Shown here piece by piece: positions 11,980 through 25,470 of a stretch of 37,953 bases of DNA. A program made the translations under genes and the position numbers. Every line of letters starts with the position of its first letter. Within the stretch, counting starts at the first letter, position 1. Origin of the DNA: Octopus sinensis (taxonomy: Eukaryota); NCBI RefSeq assembly GCF_006345805.1, contig NW_021835870.1, positions 1-37,953 of the forward strand, given 5' to 3'. Below the pieces are notes generated by a model, which was not told where the DNA came from, searched no databases, and saw only the letters and a list, made by a program, of their open reading frames with translations.

Positions 11980-12340
11980 TATTTATGCATCTCGAAAGGA
12001 TGAAACGCAAAATTGACCTCGACAGACTATGATCTCAGAGCGCAGGGATCAGGAAGAAGCATTGGCTCCAGTACTGGAGTTGATGGCATCAATTAATCCC
12101 TCTCTTCCAAAAACCTCAGGTCTTGCACCCATGCAAGAAAGAATTAAGTGTAGTGGAAGAGCAGAAGCGTTAGGGTATCGGACAAAATACTTAGTGGCAT
12201 TTCTTCCGTCCCCTCATGTTCTGAGTTCAAATACTGCCAAGCTCAGTTATCCCTTACGTCATTTCGAGGTTGATAAAATAAACTAACAGTCGAATAATCA
12301 GATGACCCATACCCCTAAAATTACTGGCCTTTTGCCAAAA
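11980..12340. mobile_element. SINE family B fragments (minus 11980-12045, plus 12152-12340)
   Basis: gaaaggatgaaacgcaaaattgacctcg and gttctgagttcaaatactgcc...gaggttgataaaataa match the copy at 29903-30151. Confidence 0.65.
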
Positions 12341-12355
12341 TTTTAAAGACTTAAC

Positions 12356-12436
<81 letters not shown>
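12356..12436. repeat. (ATT)n microsatellite
   Basis: Direct observation; further ATT/ATC tracts at 12769-12830 and 13462-13592. Confidence 0.95.
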
Positions 12437-12768
12437 GAGTGAGTGAGAGAGCAGTGCATGCCATCAAAGTGACAATGGGGTAAAATATACAAAGCCCAGT
12501 ATACCAATCATGACTAACCGTCTGATAAGGGTACACCAGACACATGCAAAACAACCATATGTGCGCGACATGGTGATCTCATGTCAAGATAAACAACGCA
12601 TGACCTTGCAGATAGGGCTGGACCAGAATCTCTGGGCCTGCCGGGTGCAACACTGTCACCATCAATGGCTCCAGTTTCATTACCACCGTCATTCACAATA
12701 TTTTGTATATTCATTGTCACTCATATGATTATCAGGTTGCGCAATTACCAGTGTTTTTATTGTGACAC

Positions 12769-12809
<41 letters not shown>

Positions 12810-12830
12810 TATTATTATATTATTATTATT

Positions 12831-13460
12831 ACGCTTACTCTAGTGCACGCTAGTTTAGTTAGCAAGTATTTTATCCTCATATCTCAAGAATCTTTCTTAG
12901 CATTCTTGCAGAATATAGGATGGTGCTTTTATGCAAGTTGACAATGCGAGTTTCAATTCTAATTTCTTTCAGTCAATTTGGTTGTGCCAATTGCACCTAT
13001 TACTATAGGAATAATTGCTGTCTCGGCCTTCCACAGTCTCCTCAGTTCTCTGGCTAGGTCTTGATATTTCTCAAACTTTCCATTTCTTTGGTACCGACTC
13101 TGTTACCATAGGGAATTGCAAAGTCTATGGTTGTACATTGTTTGTTTGCTTTGTCTTCTATAGTCATGTCTAGTCTTTTTCCTTCAATAGTATGGTCAGT
13201 CTTTATAGCAAAGTCTCACATAGTCTCGTAATTGTCATTTTCTACCACAGCCTGTGGTTCATGTTCATACCAATATTCTGTTGTTTTGAAACCACATACA
13301 CGATTAACATCACAATGTACTTTTTTGCCAACACAGTCATGTCTGCGCTCGTATTCCTTTTGTGCTAGTATACTGCACTCACTCACCATGTGATTGATAC
13401 TCTCGTCCCGTTTCTTGCAAATTCCACATTTGCTATCTGACTTAATTTTGTCGATCAGAT
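12831..13460 (-). mobile_element. R4/Dong-clade non-LTR retrotransposon 3' fragment (CCHC knuckle plus restriction-like endonuclease)
   Basis: Minus strand gives KCGICKKRDESINHMVSEC, YERRHD, WYEHEP, *DFAIKTDHTIEGKRLDM, IDFAIP, KYQDLARELRRLWK, IIPIVIGAIG and ARMLRKILEI*, then a short 3' UTR running into (TAA)n. Confidence 0.85.
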
Positions 13461-13480
13461 TGATCATCATCATCATTATT

Positions 13481-13521
<41 letters not shown>

Positions 13522-13769
13522 TATTATTATTGTTGTTGTTGCTGTTGTTGTTATTATTATTATTATTATTATTATCATTATTATTATTATTGCTACTGTT
13601 ATCGTTGTTGTTGTTTTTTTATAATAATGATTTCTTTTAATGACACGTGTGTCTGAGATGGAGACATTACAAATAAGTATTACAAATTACCTTAAACGTA
13701 AAGGAAAACGATAAATGGAAACAAACAAATACATACATACATACATACATACATACATACATACATACA

Positions 13770-13800
<31 letters not shown>

Positions 13801-14454
13801 GTATATATATGTATATATATGTATATGTATATATATATAGAGTATGTAAATTTGGATATCGACGAATCCCTTACCAAAAATCTCGACAGATGCAACGAAT
13901 CAATCTTATTACAATATGTCATTGGAAATGAACGTGAGGGATGAACATCTTTTCATTGGAAATTTTCTATATAGCTAAATAAATAAATGATAAATGAAAA
14001 ATGAAAATGATAATATTTCAACATTTGCTGATTTATAAAATTTGCAAAAATTTGAAAATCGATGCAAGTTTGTGGTCCTGTGCCAATGTTAGAAATTGTT
14101 TTGTAGGAATGGCCGTGTGGTTAAGAAGTTTGCTTAACAATTATGTAATTCTGAGGTAGTTTCCACTACGCAGCACTTTGATGATAAGTGACCTTAACTA
14201 AGTGCATCTTGATGCCTGATCGCAATAGATTATCAGAGGAGTACTTTATTCATGCATACATACACCTACACATACATACATACACACATATAACACACAC
14301 ATATACATACACAGATACATACATACATGATACATACATAATACATACATGCATAATACATCATACAAAATACATGTATACATACATAATGCAAACATAC
14401 ATACATGCATACATGCATTCATACATACATACATGCATTCATACATACATACAT

Positions 14455-14910
14455 GTCGGGTGTCTACTCGTTAGATGAGTTTAACCATTTCTGACAGGTA
14501 TCAGCTACGCTAGTGCAAGGGTCTTCAGTCGAGTCTGGCTTGCGCAACACGGCGACGACTCTCACTAGCAATGTCAAGAAACCGAGAGACAAGCGAAGTG
14601 CAAGATATCCGATTCAGTAAAGCAGCGGGTCTTATATATGAGTTGGTCTTCTCCTCGAGTGATGCCTTGACAAAGACCAGTGGTCTTTCCCTCCCAGTGG
14701 GTCTACTACGCCCTCGGACACCAACCCGAGTATCTCTACGTCCCGTCGCTCTTATGCTAGTTAACACATTGCTGAGACCTTGACAGGGCCTACTACTCCG
14801 AGTCAGATCTTGGAACAATAGTGACTAAGAGATGGTTCTACACCCTCAAAACCCTGGAACTTCTGAATCAGAGTTCCACTACTGGATGCAGTTTAAAGTC
14901 ATATCCAGGA
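14455..14910 (-). mobile_element. Retroposon fragment resembling a Ceph-domain / RTE 5' region
   Basis: The minus strand starts tcctggatatgactttaaactgcatcc...ctgactcggagtagtaggccctgtcaagg, resembling my recollection of the cephalopod Ceph-SINE core; GC-richer island. Confidence 0.4.
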
Positions 14911-14964
14911 GATACATACATACATACATACATACATACATACATACATACATACATACATACA

Positions 14965-15171
14965 CTTTATCATTTACTTGTTTCAGTCATTAGATTGCGT
15001 TATACTGAGAGATCCACTGGAAGAGTTTGTGTCGAAAGAATCATCTCCAGTGCTTATTTTTAAGTCTTCATACTTATTCTTTCATCTCTTTTGCCGAATC
15101 GATAAGTTACAAGGCGAAAACAAACCAACACCGGTTGTCAACCAGTGATGGGGGATAAATACAAGTACAAA

Positions 15172-15221
<50 letters not shown>

Positions 15222-15372
15222 TACGATGAGCTTCTTTCAGTTTCCGCCTACCAAGTTCACTCAAAAGCCTTTGGTCGACCGGGGTCTATAGTAGAAGACA
15301 CATGCCCAAGGTGCCCCGCATTGGAACTGAAATCCAGAACCATGTGGTCGAGAAGCAAACTTCATACCACAG
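14965..15372 (-). mobile_element. SINE family A, near full length with internal (TG)n
   Basis: The reverse complement is colinear with 33992-34520. Confidence 0.85.
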
Positions 15373-15616
15373 GGTACCCCAGATGATGTATACACATTTT
15401 AACAGCAGATAACTCACTAGGTGACTACGATTTGAACGGAGGAAATTTATCCCGAAGAACGGTCATTTTCAAAACAGGTCTTCATAAAAAGGATTAAATT
15501 CTATCTGTAGAATGCATTTAATTTTGGAAACGTAAAAATGTAATGTAGTTTATTAAACACTGTATTTACAATCATTAATCATTCAATGTCTGTATACATT
15601 TTTTGGGGCTGCTCTG
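15370..15616. mobile_element. Tc1/mariner-type MITE, degenerate
   Basis: Imperfect TIRs cagggtaccccagatgatgtataca / tgtatacattttttggggctgctctg. Confidence 0.55.
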
Positions 15617-16666
15617 TGTGTGAATATACATATGCATATGTGATACGAAAGAGAAAACTTAGAATTATCCAATAAGTGTGGATTGTACAGTACAAATATA
15701 TGCCTTAATGAATAAGGCTATATAAGGTGTGGATCTGTACCCAGTTATATTTCAAATCTCGTACAGATTCATTCAACGTGAATTATATATTAGGTACATA
15801 TCTGTAAATTTGGGAGCAATTGCATTATTTGTGAGGCTGGTAACTAGATATTTCGTTGAAAAAGAAAAAAATGCATTTTGGAGGAGGAATCTTTCATTTT
15901 TTTTTCTTAATAGAATGTTGATAGCATTACGTAAACCAAAATACGTAAGCCAAAATTTCAACCAAAATTTATTTTTCTCTAATAAATATTTCTGCCCATC
16001 GACAGCAAACCGCACCTAAATGGTTACAATCGAAGAGGAACATAGCCTACATAACTATAATTTTAGATTAAGGCATAAATATGTACAGTGGGATGGTACC
16101 GGTCTAAACAACAACAGCAACAACAGCAACAAAAACAACAGAAACGATGACAGTATATTAAATTACATCGATTTACAAAGCGCACATGCCATTTGATATG
16201 TTCTATGACTTCTCTTAATTATATATCTTCTTTTAGTTCTATGACTATCTCCTCTGATTCTTTATCTCTGGCTTCCATTTTATTTGGATCTTGAAACTGC
16301 TAAATATCTAAAGGGTTTGTACACTATGTATGTATGTGTGAGTGTGTGTGTGAGTGTGTGTGTGTGTGGGGGGGGGTGCATGTATGTATATATATATATA
16401 TGCACTTATGTTCGTATAATCTCATTAGGCTTCCCATCGAGGGCAATATATACTTGTGCTAAGATCTGAAGCAACATCTAAAAACGCTTGACTACATTGA
16501 TGTTATTAGAGATTAAACTTCTTAAATACGAACTTTCTAAGCTTGTATAACTGATGGCCGTTCGTTCACATGCCGGAAAATTAATAGACCGCAATTTCTA
16601 TAAAGGCTGCAGGTGAGATTGAAATACTCTAACGTGTGTGTCTATGTGTGTGTGTGTGTGTGTGTG

Positions 16667-16713
<47 letters not shown>

Positions 16714-16950
16714 TGTGTGTGTGTGTGTGTGCGCGTGTGTGCGGGTGTTTGTGCGCGTCCGTGTGTACATTTATATATACATATACATACATACATATAT
16801 ATATACATATATAAACTTCACAAAACCACGAAATTCAATCCCGATATACGAGCCGATAGCCACGTCAAACACTACATTACGATTACATTTTATCCAAACA
16901 TTATCTTTAAATATGGTTAATACTTGCATGCAGGCAAATAATATGTATGG

Positions 16951-16982
<32 letters not shown>

Positions 16983-17183
16983 CTATATATATATATACAA
17001 ATGCATATGTATATAACGCATACATAAAGGAAAAATTGCAGTTGGATGATTGAAATAAAAAGGTGAAAATAGAATCCAAGAAAAAGGAAGAGAGAAAAAA
17101 CAGAGAACACATACATAAACACACTCACATATAGACGAACAGACGAACGCAAGCACACACACACACACACACAGATATACAAA

Positions 17184-17246
<63 letters not shown>

Positions 17247-17593
17247 TCTGGGTGTGTGACTCTTTTAAGTTACAACAAGCAAAAATAACTAAAATAATTT
17301 GATAGCAGAATATTGTTAGTTCCAACGGTAAACATGTTGAAATTCTTGGTTATAATGTTTCCTAGAGGGGCGTTTCAAAAATCTGAATACAGACCGTGTG
17401 TCAATATGTCCCAGGTATATTGCTCATGCAAAAGTATTGTTTGTGCCAATTCCATGTTTGCTGAAATTTTCTTTGGTCAGACATATTCTCACCAGCTCAT
17501 TAACTGCTCATTCACTCATTCACTCATTCATTCATCTCTTTTCTATAATTTTCACGCACGCACAAAGGCATACACACACACACACACACACAC

Positions 17594-17643
<50 letters not shown>

Positions 17644-17724
17644 ATATATATATATCAGTCACACTTACACACACTGCCATAAATATAAATATATATATAT
17701 ATATTCACCCTGAATATATATATG

Positions 17725-17766
<42 letters not shown>

Positions 17767-18072
17767 TCACCCTGAATATATATATGTTAATATATATATA
17801 CATACACACACACAATCACACTGATACATAAGCACGCATATACATTCATATACTCATAAAATATTGACTTTTATGTATGCATGTATGTATTTAAAGAGAG
17901 ACAGACAGACATATAAACTTCTGTATTCTCTTTATTCATATATAATATACTAATATCTATGCTTATATACACGAATGTTGAGTACACACACACACATACA
18001 CAGACACACATATGCATATGTATATATATATATATAATATATACACACGCGCACACACACACACAAAGATAC

Positions 18073-18125
<53 letters not shown>

Positions 18126-18163
18126 ATATATAATATATATATAATATATATATATATACTCAC

Positions 18164-18450
18164 ACAGGGGGGTCATTCAAATTCTATCACAGATTCGCAG
18201 TTGCTGCGCTGTATTTCTACCCAGGTCACTTCGCATTCGGCCAAAATCTCGCGGGCATGGTTATGTGTCCCACAACCACGTGGAATCGGGTTCAGTCTCT
18301 TTGACAAATATGTACAAATGTCCCGAGCCGACCAAATTCGTGCCCATACTTTCTCAACAATAAGGAACAAAGTACAAAAAGTACAACCTAGCATCTATGC
18401 ATGTTTGGCGGTTGCGAAACTTACAGATTGTCGCCTTCACACCTAATTCA
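18164..18450 (+). mobile_element. Possible DNA transposon left end
   Basis: Begins caggggggtcattcaaattc next to a TA tract, like a Tc1/mariner TIR; no matching right TIR was found. Confidence 0.3.
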
Positions 18451-18624
18451 TCTGTTCTTCAAATATTGTCGTCATTATTCAGCCCACATTTAATCATAAC
18501 CACAGACACTTGTGACTAGAACTCCTCTATCATTCATCTTATTTGATGAAAGTAAAACTAGATTTGAGGAACAGCAAAAATATACAAAATATAAGACTGC
18601 TTGGCTTTATTATTCAGCTGGAAT

Positions 18625-18815
18625 TAAGGTTGCGACCAGGCAGGATCATTAGAGAAATATTGTTCTAGTTCTTTACGTTCCGAGTTCAAACTCCGCCCAG
18701 GTGAACTGTATCTTTTATCCCATTGAGTTTGATAAAATAAAATATCAGTCAAGTCCTGGGGTCAACAATATCGAGTAACACCTCCCCTCAAAAATTTACT
18801 GACCTATGCCTAAGC
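18625..18815 (+). mobile_element. SINE family B, degenerate
   Basis: tacgttccgagttcaaactccgcccagg...tgataaaataaa...ctggggtcaa. Confidence 0.7.
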
Positions 18816-18873
18816 TAGTGAGTTGGCAGAATCGTTAATGCATCGTACAAGCTACTTAGTGGCATGTGTGTAT

Positions 18874-19019
18874 ATAATCCCCGCTTTTCCGTGAATTACC
18901 GAGTACGTCAGCTAGTATATATGTATGTATATATATATATATATTATATATATATATTATATATACATACATATATACTAGCTGACGTACTCGGTAATTC
19001 ACGGAAAAGCGGGGATTAT
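18874..19019. repeat. Inverted repeat with perfect 42-bp unique arms centred on a TA tract
   Basis: ataatccccgcttttccgtgaattaccgagtacgtcagctag (18874-18915) is the exact reverse complement of 18978-19019, and the symmetry continues into the microsatellite. Confidence 0.95.
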
Positions 19020-19855
19020 CCTTTGGTTTCGTTCTCAAAATTATTTCGCTAATTATTTCGCAAAGTATGTAGCCCTTAAAGCGTTTTTTTTTTTTGCATT
19101 TACAGAGAATACCGAACTGTCTTATACATAATCTTGTGAAATTAGTTATGTAATAACATGAAATTAATTACCCGATAGTAAGAATTCAAATAAAGTAGCC
19201 TCCAAAATGGCTTTAATGCGTTCCCAGAGTATACAGAAATAGTAGAAAATACTAATAAGGTATGGATACTAAAATAGTGAAGCATGTTACGCAATAACAG
19301 GCTAATCAGAAATGAAATAATAACAATTCAAAGTAAATAACTCTGAAAAGGGCTTTTGTGTATTCCCAGAGAATATTACCCTCAGGGGCGCTAGTGTTGG
19401 TATATTCGTGAATAAGTCGCTAATCGAAATAAGTGGATCTATTGTTTAGGAAAATACTATTTACTTGTTTAAGGGCTGTATTGGATAAATTGTTAAAATA
19501 ACTCTAACAGTTCAAATACTAAGAAATAAGCTTATTCAATTTCATTTTTACAAAATAACTTAGTAAAATGAACGGGTTATTTCCCTTGGCTATATATAAG
19601 GATCACTTCTGGGACGAATGGGTTATTAACTTTGGTTTTTAAAATAAAATATATTAGACATATATTAAATATCCCTTCCAGGGGCTCTATTTTCGATTTT
19701 TTTTCCCAACAATCTGAGTATGCCATGAGGTGTCCAGACATTAGTTCTACTCACGTGTCAAGTTTCATCAAAATCGATAGAACAATGTAGAAGGAGTTAG
19801 CTAACAACTCCACAAACACACCCAGAGACAGAATTTCCCACATATGTAGTAAATA
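18978..19855 (-). mobile_element. Non-autonomous Helitron-like element
   Basis: The minus-strand end is a decayed GC-rich hairpin followed by CTAG-t. The other end carries aagtttcatcaaaatcg...acaaacacac..agacagaattt, a layout like Lep1-type rolling-circle elements. Confidence 0.55.
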
Positions 19856-20068
19856 TACATTCATATATATATATATATATATTATGCATGTATATGTGCG
19901 TTTGTGTGTGAATGTGTGCTTGTATACATAGACTTGCACATCTCTTGTATTACATCATTTATCATATTCCTAAAATTGTACGAAAATCTGCAATTTAATC
20001 AAATTTATGAATGTCCTGCGTTGGTGTGTTTTTTCTCTTTTTTTCTGTGTTTTCTTGTTTGGATTAAC

Positions 20069-20160
<92 letters not shown>

Positions 20161-20275
20161 CGCGTGTGTGTGTGTGTGAGTGTCTGTGATCGTATGTGTT
20201 TATAAATAAGTACATGAATGCATACATACATACATTCATACTCATACACACACACATTTATACATACATATACAC

Positions 20276-20338
<63 letters not shown>

Positions 20339-20801
20339 TGTGTGTGTGTGTGTATACATTGTTGAAATCTGCTGAAATTCCTAATTTACTTTTAAGTTAA
20401 ATAATTTGAAAATATTTTCAGTTTGAAAAATAATTTAATTATACGATGAGATAATATACGCAATGCTTTACGCAATATAACTTGTAGGAAATATTCTTCG
20501 TTTTTTTTAATATATATTTTGTTTTGTATTGTATTTTAACTTTTGCTAAATAAAAAAATTGTCCAAAATGAAGTGAAGTTAAACATGGAAATGTCGTCTG
20601 CTTAAATCAACTTAGTTTCAAGCTTTTGTAGCTGCTTGTTTGATTTATAATTACATTTCTCAGCAGTCCAGGACGTCTATAATTGTTAGATACAATAAAT
20701 TTTAAGTATTTTTCAATAGCTGACGACAGAATTAAATTAATGAAACGAAGAATGAACGAAAGACGGAAGCGAAGAAAGAAAGGAAAGCGAGGGTGACAAA
20801 G

Positions 20802-20880
<79 letters not shown>

Positions 20881-21178
20881 ATAAAACAGAAAGATTAAGA
20901 AAGAAAAGAGAGAGAGTGAGAGAGAGAGATAGAGAGAGAAGACAAAAGTAAAATTCGAAGACTTCGCTGATGATTTGTACTGCATTGAAATCACAAATTT
21001 CCCCTCTCATGTGATGTTTACACGCCATCTTTATCTATTTATGTCAAGAACTGTTATAAAACGACTCTATTAAACTTCTGCAAATCTAAAGTATTTCCTG
21101 CAAGTTTCAAACTTTACAGATAAACACGTATTCTATAAAGAAGGTTATTACCATTATACTGTAGCATGATAGGGTATA

Positions 21179-21390
21179 CCGTTGGTGCTAAAAAGTTCCT
21201 GACTTTAAGGGTATCACGAAAGGCCTGGTCGGGGGCCTAACCTTCCGAGTTCTTTTAAGGGCTTTAAAAAAAACTGAAGGACTGCTACAATATGTGTGCG
21301 AATCTGAGAGGGAAATATATTAAATAAAGTCACAAAAATCCTCCTGTAATTTCTTTTTCCCCAAAGCCAGGAAGTTTTCGGCACTCCACG
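21179..21390. mobile_element. Mariner-type MITE, second copy
   Basis: TIR-like ggtgctaaaaagttcctgacttt / aaagccaggaagttttcggcact; the interior is reverse-complementary to 6044-6260. Confidence 0.75.
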
Positions 21391-21411
21391 TATGCTGTGT
21401 TCAGCAGGCAT

Positions 21412-21545
21412 GGATGTGTTGTTGAGAAATTAACTTTGTAATAACGGGTATTCGGGTTTGATTCCAGTGCACGGCACCTCGTGCCATTGTCCTCGGGTTG
21501 GCCAAAGCCTCTTCAGCAGAATTTTGTAGGCGGAATTGTGTGGTA
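21412..21545 (+). mobile_element. SINE family A, degenerate 5' half
   Basis: gggtttgattccagtgcacggcacc...cctcgggttggccaaagcc resembles 34044-34115. Confidence 0.6.
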
Positions 21546-22047
21546 GTTTGTCGCAGAATCGGTATTTGTTTTCCAGTTGTCGGTTTAACCTTTCATCTGG
21601 TTTAACACCATTGTCTGACCGTTTGGTATATTTGTTGATGCTCCCTTCGTTGCAAACACTCATACTGGGGTCTTTATTCAAGGACGGTGCCTTCTTTCTT
21701 CTCTCCAGTCTCGGAATACAAGAAATAACTCGATGTTAGGCAACAAAATAATATATAAAAATGGTTTTATTCATTTTTTCATGCGACATAGCCATCGTCG
21801 TTTCAGCAAAGTGACTGTTCGCTGAACCTCATCAAAAATGTTGCTTCAGAAACTATGAAATTGGTTTTCAACAGAGTAGGAAGGTGGAACAATACCCAAA
21901 GGGAGAGGGAGTGAAAGAACGAAGTAGAAAGTAGGTTGGTAATTTGGAATGGTGGAGGAAGATGAAGCTAACGAGAGAGTGAGAAGAATACTTCTGTAGA
22001 AGGCAGATAGACTAATATGTATGTGTGTGTTTGTTTGTTTGTTTGTT

Positions 22048-22092
<45 letters not shown>

Positions 22093-22125
22093 TGTGTGTG
22101 GTTGTAATATTAAAAGAACGAGTAA

Positions 22126-22280
22126 GGCGGCAAGCTGGCAGAATCTAGCATTTCGTCTGTTTTTACGTTCTGAGTTCAAATTCTGCTGAGGTCGACTTTA
22201 CCTTTCATCCTTTCTTGGTGGATAGAATAACTACCAATTGATTACTGGGGTCAATGTCACCTGCTTACTCTCTTACCCCC
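22126..22280 (+). mobile_element. SINE family B, internally deleted
   Basis: ggcggcaagctggcagaa...tacgttctgagttcaaattctgctgaggtcgactttacctttcatcc. Confidence 0.8.
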
Positions 22281-22796
22281 AGGTTACTGCATTTCTCCCT
22301 TCTTTTACTTCGCTTCCTTGGCCTTTTTTCTTTGTCTTTCACTACCTGTTTTCTCTCACTTAACCAGTTGGCTAATAATAAGAAAAAAGTGGAATTGAAT
22401 CTGTTCGTGTGTTATTATTATTGGCGTAATATGTTTCTTTATTGGCCACGCAGGGCTGAACACAGAAGGGACAAAATTTATTATTATTGGTGTAATGACT
22501 CTCCCAAGACTAAAAAAAAAATAATGTGTGACGTTTGTACTTTAAGAGGGTACTACACCAGTGGCATTAGCGTGGATGAATTAAAGAAGGCATCAATATG
22601 CTTCTATTCTTTTGTTTTTGTTTTTTTGTCGCGTACGATTTCCTTATTTAAGTCTTCATTACAATATGAAAATATAGTTACTCACCAAAGAAGGAACTTT
22701 CACTACAAATATTTTCTATCCGTGAATGCATTCAATATCACCGAACAAGAATAATCATTTGTGGGTGTTTGTGTGCATGTGTGTTTACAGAGCTAC

Positions 22797-22966
22797 CAGT
22801 GCTGTCCTAAGACATGGACACACTGGTAGTTGTCTAGGGAGCCTCACAGGTTTAGAGGCCTGATTTCTAATCTATGTATCTTGCGGTTTGTAGTTAATGA
22901 ATAAATGCTATAGGGTCCAGTTCACTGATTTGCTCAGAGGCCAATAAAGCTGCTGAGATGACTCTG
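22797..22966. mobile_element. Possible old hAT-type MITE
   Basis: Degenerate TIRs cagtgctgtcctaa / ctgagatgactctg; the 8-bp flanks agagctac and taagctgc match at only 5 of 8 positions. Confidence 0.3.
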
Positions 22967-23221
22967 TAAGCTGCTATGTATGTTTTTCTTTATTTCTACC
23001 TTATAAAACATGGCTGTCTGCTTAAGCAGTTCGCTTCCCAACCACGTACTGTTGCTTTAATTCTACCCTGTACCAACTTGAGCTTAATGTGTTCTACTAT
23101 AACCACGAGCAGGATATTACCTTGTGTGTGATACTGATAGGCTAAAACTTTGTGAAAACTGATCGCATGTATGTTGTGTGTGTGAATATATATATATACA
23201 CACACACACGCATATATACAT

Positions 23222-23260
<39 letters not shown>

Positions 23261-23289
23261 CAAACACACACACATATATATAGATAGAT

Positions 23290-23322
<33 letters not shown>

Positions 23323-23325
23323 CAG

Positions 23326-23400
<75 letters not shown>

Positions 23401-23729
23401 GTTGTTTCTAGAAACAACAGCCAAATCTCTCTTCAATCACTGCCAAGCACTTTTAAGAGGAAGCATACATTGAACAATATATTGAACAGTAGATAACTAG
23501 ATATACAAAAAGACAAAATGCAAAAGAAGCATATACAAAAATATTAAAAATATTACTGAACTAATTAAAAACCTAAGCAAAATTTTGCATCAAGTCAAAA
23601 AGAAAAGAAAATGGGAAATGTTTTCATTTTTGCATGAAATCCTCTCCAACAAATAAAGCCAGAATTCTTACTATTTTAATAATTCCAGACCCTCGATGGA
23701 TTACACAATATGCACATATTCCTTTTCGC

Positions 23730-23822
23730 TATTATCATTATCATTATCATCATCGTCGTCATCATCACCATCATCATTCTCACACACCCACCACCACCGC
23801 CGCCGCCGCCACCACTACCACT

Positions 23823-23857
<35 letters not shown>

Positions 23858-23868
23858 CACCACCACAT
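23730..23868. repeat. Compound trinucleotide/hexanucleotide microsatellite (CAT, CAC, CGC, CCACGA)
   Basis: Direct observation. Confidence 0.9.
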
Positions 23869-24695
23869 GAACAGCATCATTGCCACTCCTATCAGGCGAC
23901 AGTATGACTTCAAAAGATGTTTTATTTTACATTCAGATAACCGGGGAATAGAAGAGAAAAGAAAATTATAAAGTTTCTATCATATTTATAGAAAACGATA
24001 GCAGAAAATCGAGTCCCCATCCCACCAGTCTTTGATTCCTATACCCATAATAGGTCTTTGATTTCCATACCCCTAATACCACCCTCCTGTTATGATCCCT
24101 TGAAATACAGGCATGGTTGTTCCACGATGCAAACGGGAAAGAACACTGCAATACCTTTAAATTACTGTCCGGTCCGCATCATTGCTTTGCGTATACTTAA
24201 GTAAATTACTGACTAGTGTGGCAGAATTCTCCACCGGGGCGGCTTGGTCGATCACTCTCTGTTAATCCATTAACATAGAGTTGGGCGCAGAAACTCATCA
24301 CTTGCTCAAACCGTCCGTTAAGACAGTTTGTCGACGTCTTTACTATTTTTTCCCGTTTGAACTTGTCTCCAACTCTATCATAAAAATTGCTTGTTTTTGT
24401 CTTGGTTTTTGCTTTTGTTTTTGTTTTTTCCTTTTTCCTTTTCAAGAGACAGACATTTATGCACCAATCTTCAAATTATTGGTACAAGTATAAACAGGGT
24501 CGAGTTTTCTAGATAGTAATAAATAGTAGAATTATTGAACCGCAGACTAGAATTAGTTTTGGACTGATGAATAAGAAATATAGCTAGAATAATGTTTGAG
24601 AAGTATTATTATTGAGGCAGATAAAGAGAGGTTCTGTTGAAATTATTGCTGCCAGCAATGCTGTACATAGAGCGAAACAAGTTGAAGGAAGAAAC

Positions 24696-24760
<65 letters not shown>

Positions 24761-24884
24761 CGCCCCCGTACATATACGCATATACACACGCATATATATA
24801 CATATATCTATCTATATATATATATATACACATACACACACACACATATATATATATATATATTTACATATATAATGTATATAC

Positions 24885-24916
<32 letters not shown>

Positions 24917-25470
24917 ACACACACGCACAAACGCTCACGCCCACACACGCATATAACTTGGCCTTTATAATGATAAAAGAAACCCTAACGGTCTCTGAGT
25001 CATATCTTCGATACCATTTATCACATACTGGATAACAGGTATAATGGTATATGTATAAAGTTCAATAATGGTATTTCATTCGATCGTCTGACTCCATTGG
25101 ATTAGTTTCTATTTGCTATTTATGTAATGGATGTAGGTTTCATAAAACACATTTTTGGCGCCTGGAATAAAATTAGCGAACACAATGTAGTTCCTAGCTT
25201 CAATATCATAATATTGAAGCTATGAGAATAAAGAAAATGTGATTGCTGCCTTTATCCTTGAGGTAAACGTCTGATTAAATATATCTTTAACCATTTCAAA
25301 AATTCTCTTTAACCTTTGTCTGTCTTGTGTATTCCATCTAATACACCGGACATATTTTCCTGATGTCCATGCGACATATATGATGCACATTCTCAATTAT
25401 TTTCAACCACCAGTGTAATTTGGGACTTATGAAAGGAAAACTTTATATTACTGTTATATCGCAATATAAA

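Noticed and set aside
17699-17791. 31-bp direct duplication (atatattcaccctgaatatatatatgttaat)
   Set aside because: Ordinary slippage within a TA tract.
21560-21860. Possible minus-strand host exon(s)
   Set aside because: Short frames with stops, no recognisable domain and only weak splice signals.
24160-24445. 79-aa minus-strand ORF
   Set aside because: Low-complexity start and no recognisable homology.
24564-24590. CTGATGA-ataa-GAAA hammerhead-like string
   Set aside because: No stem II pair and no stem I complementarity.
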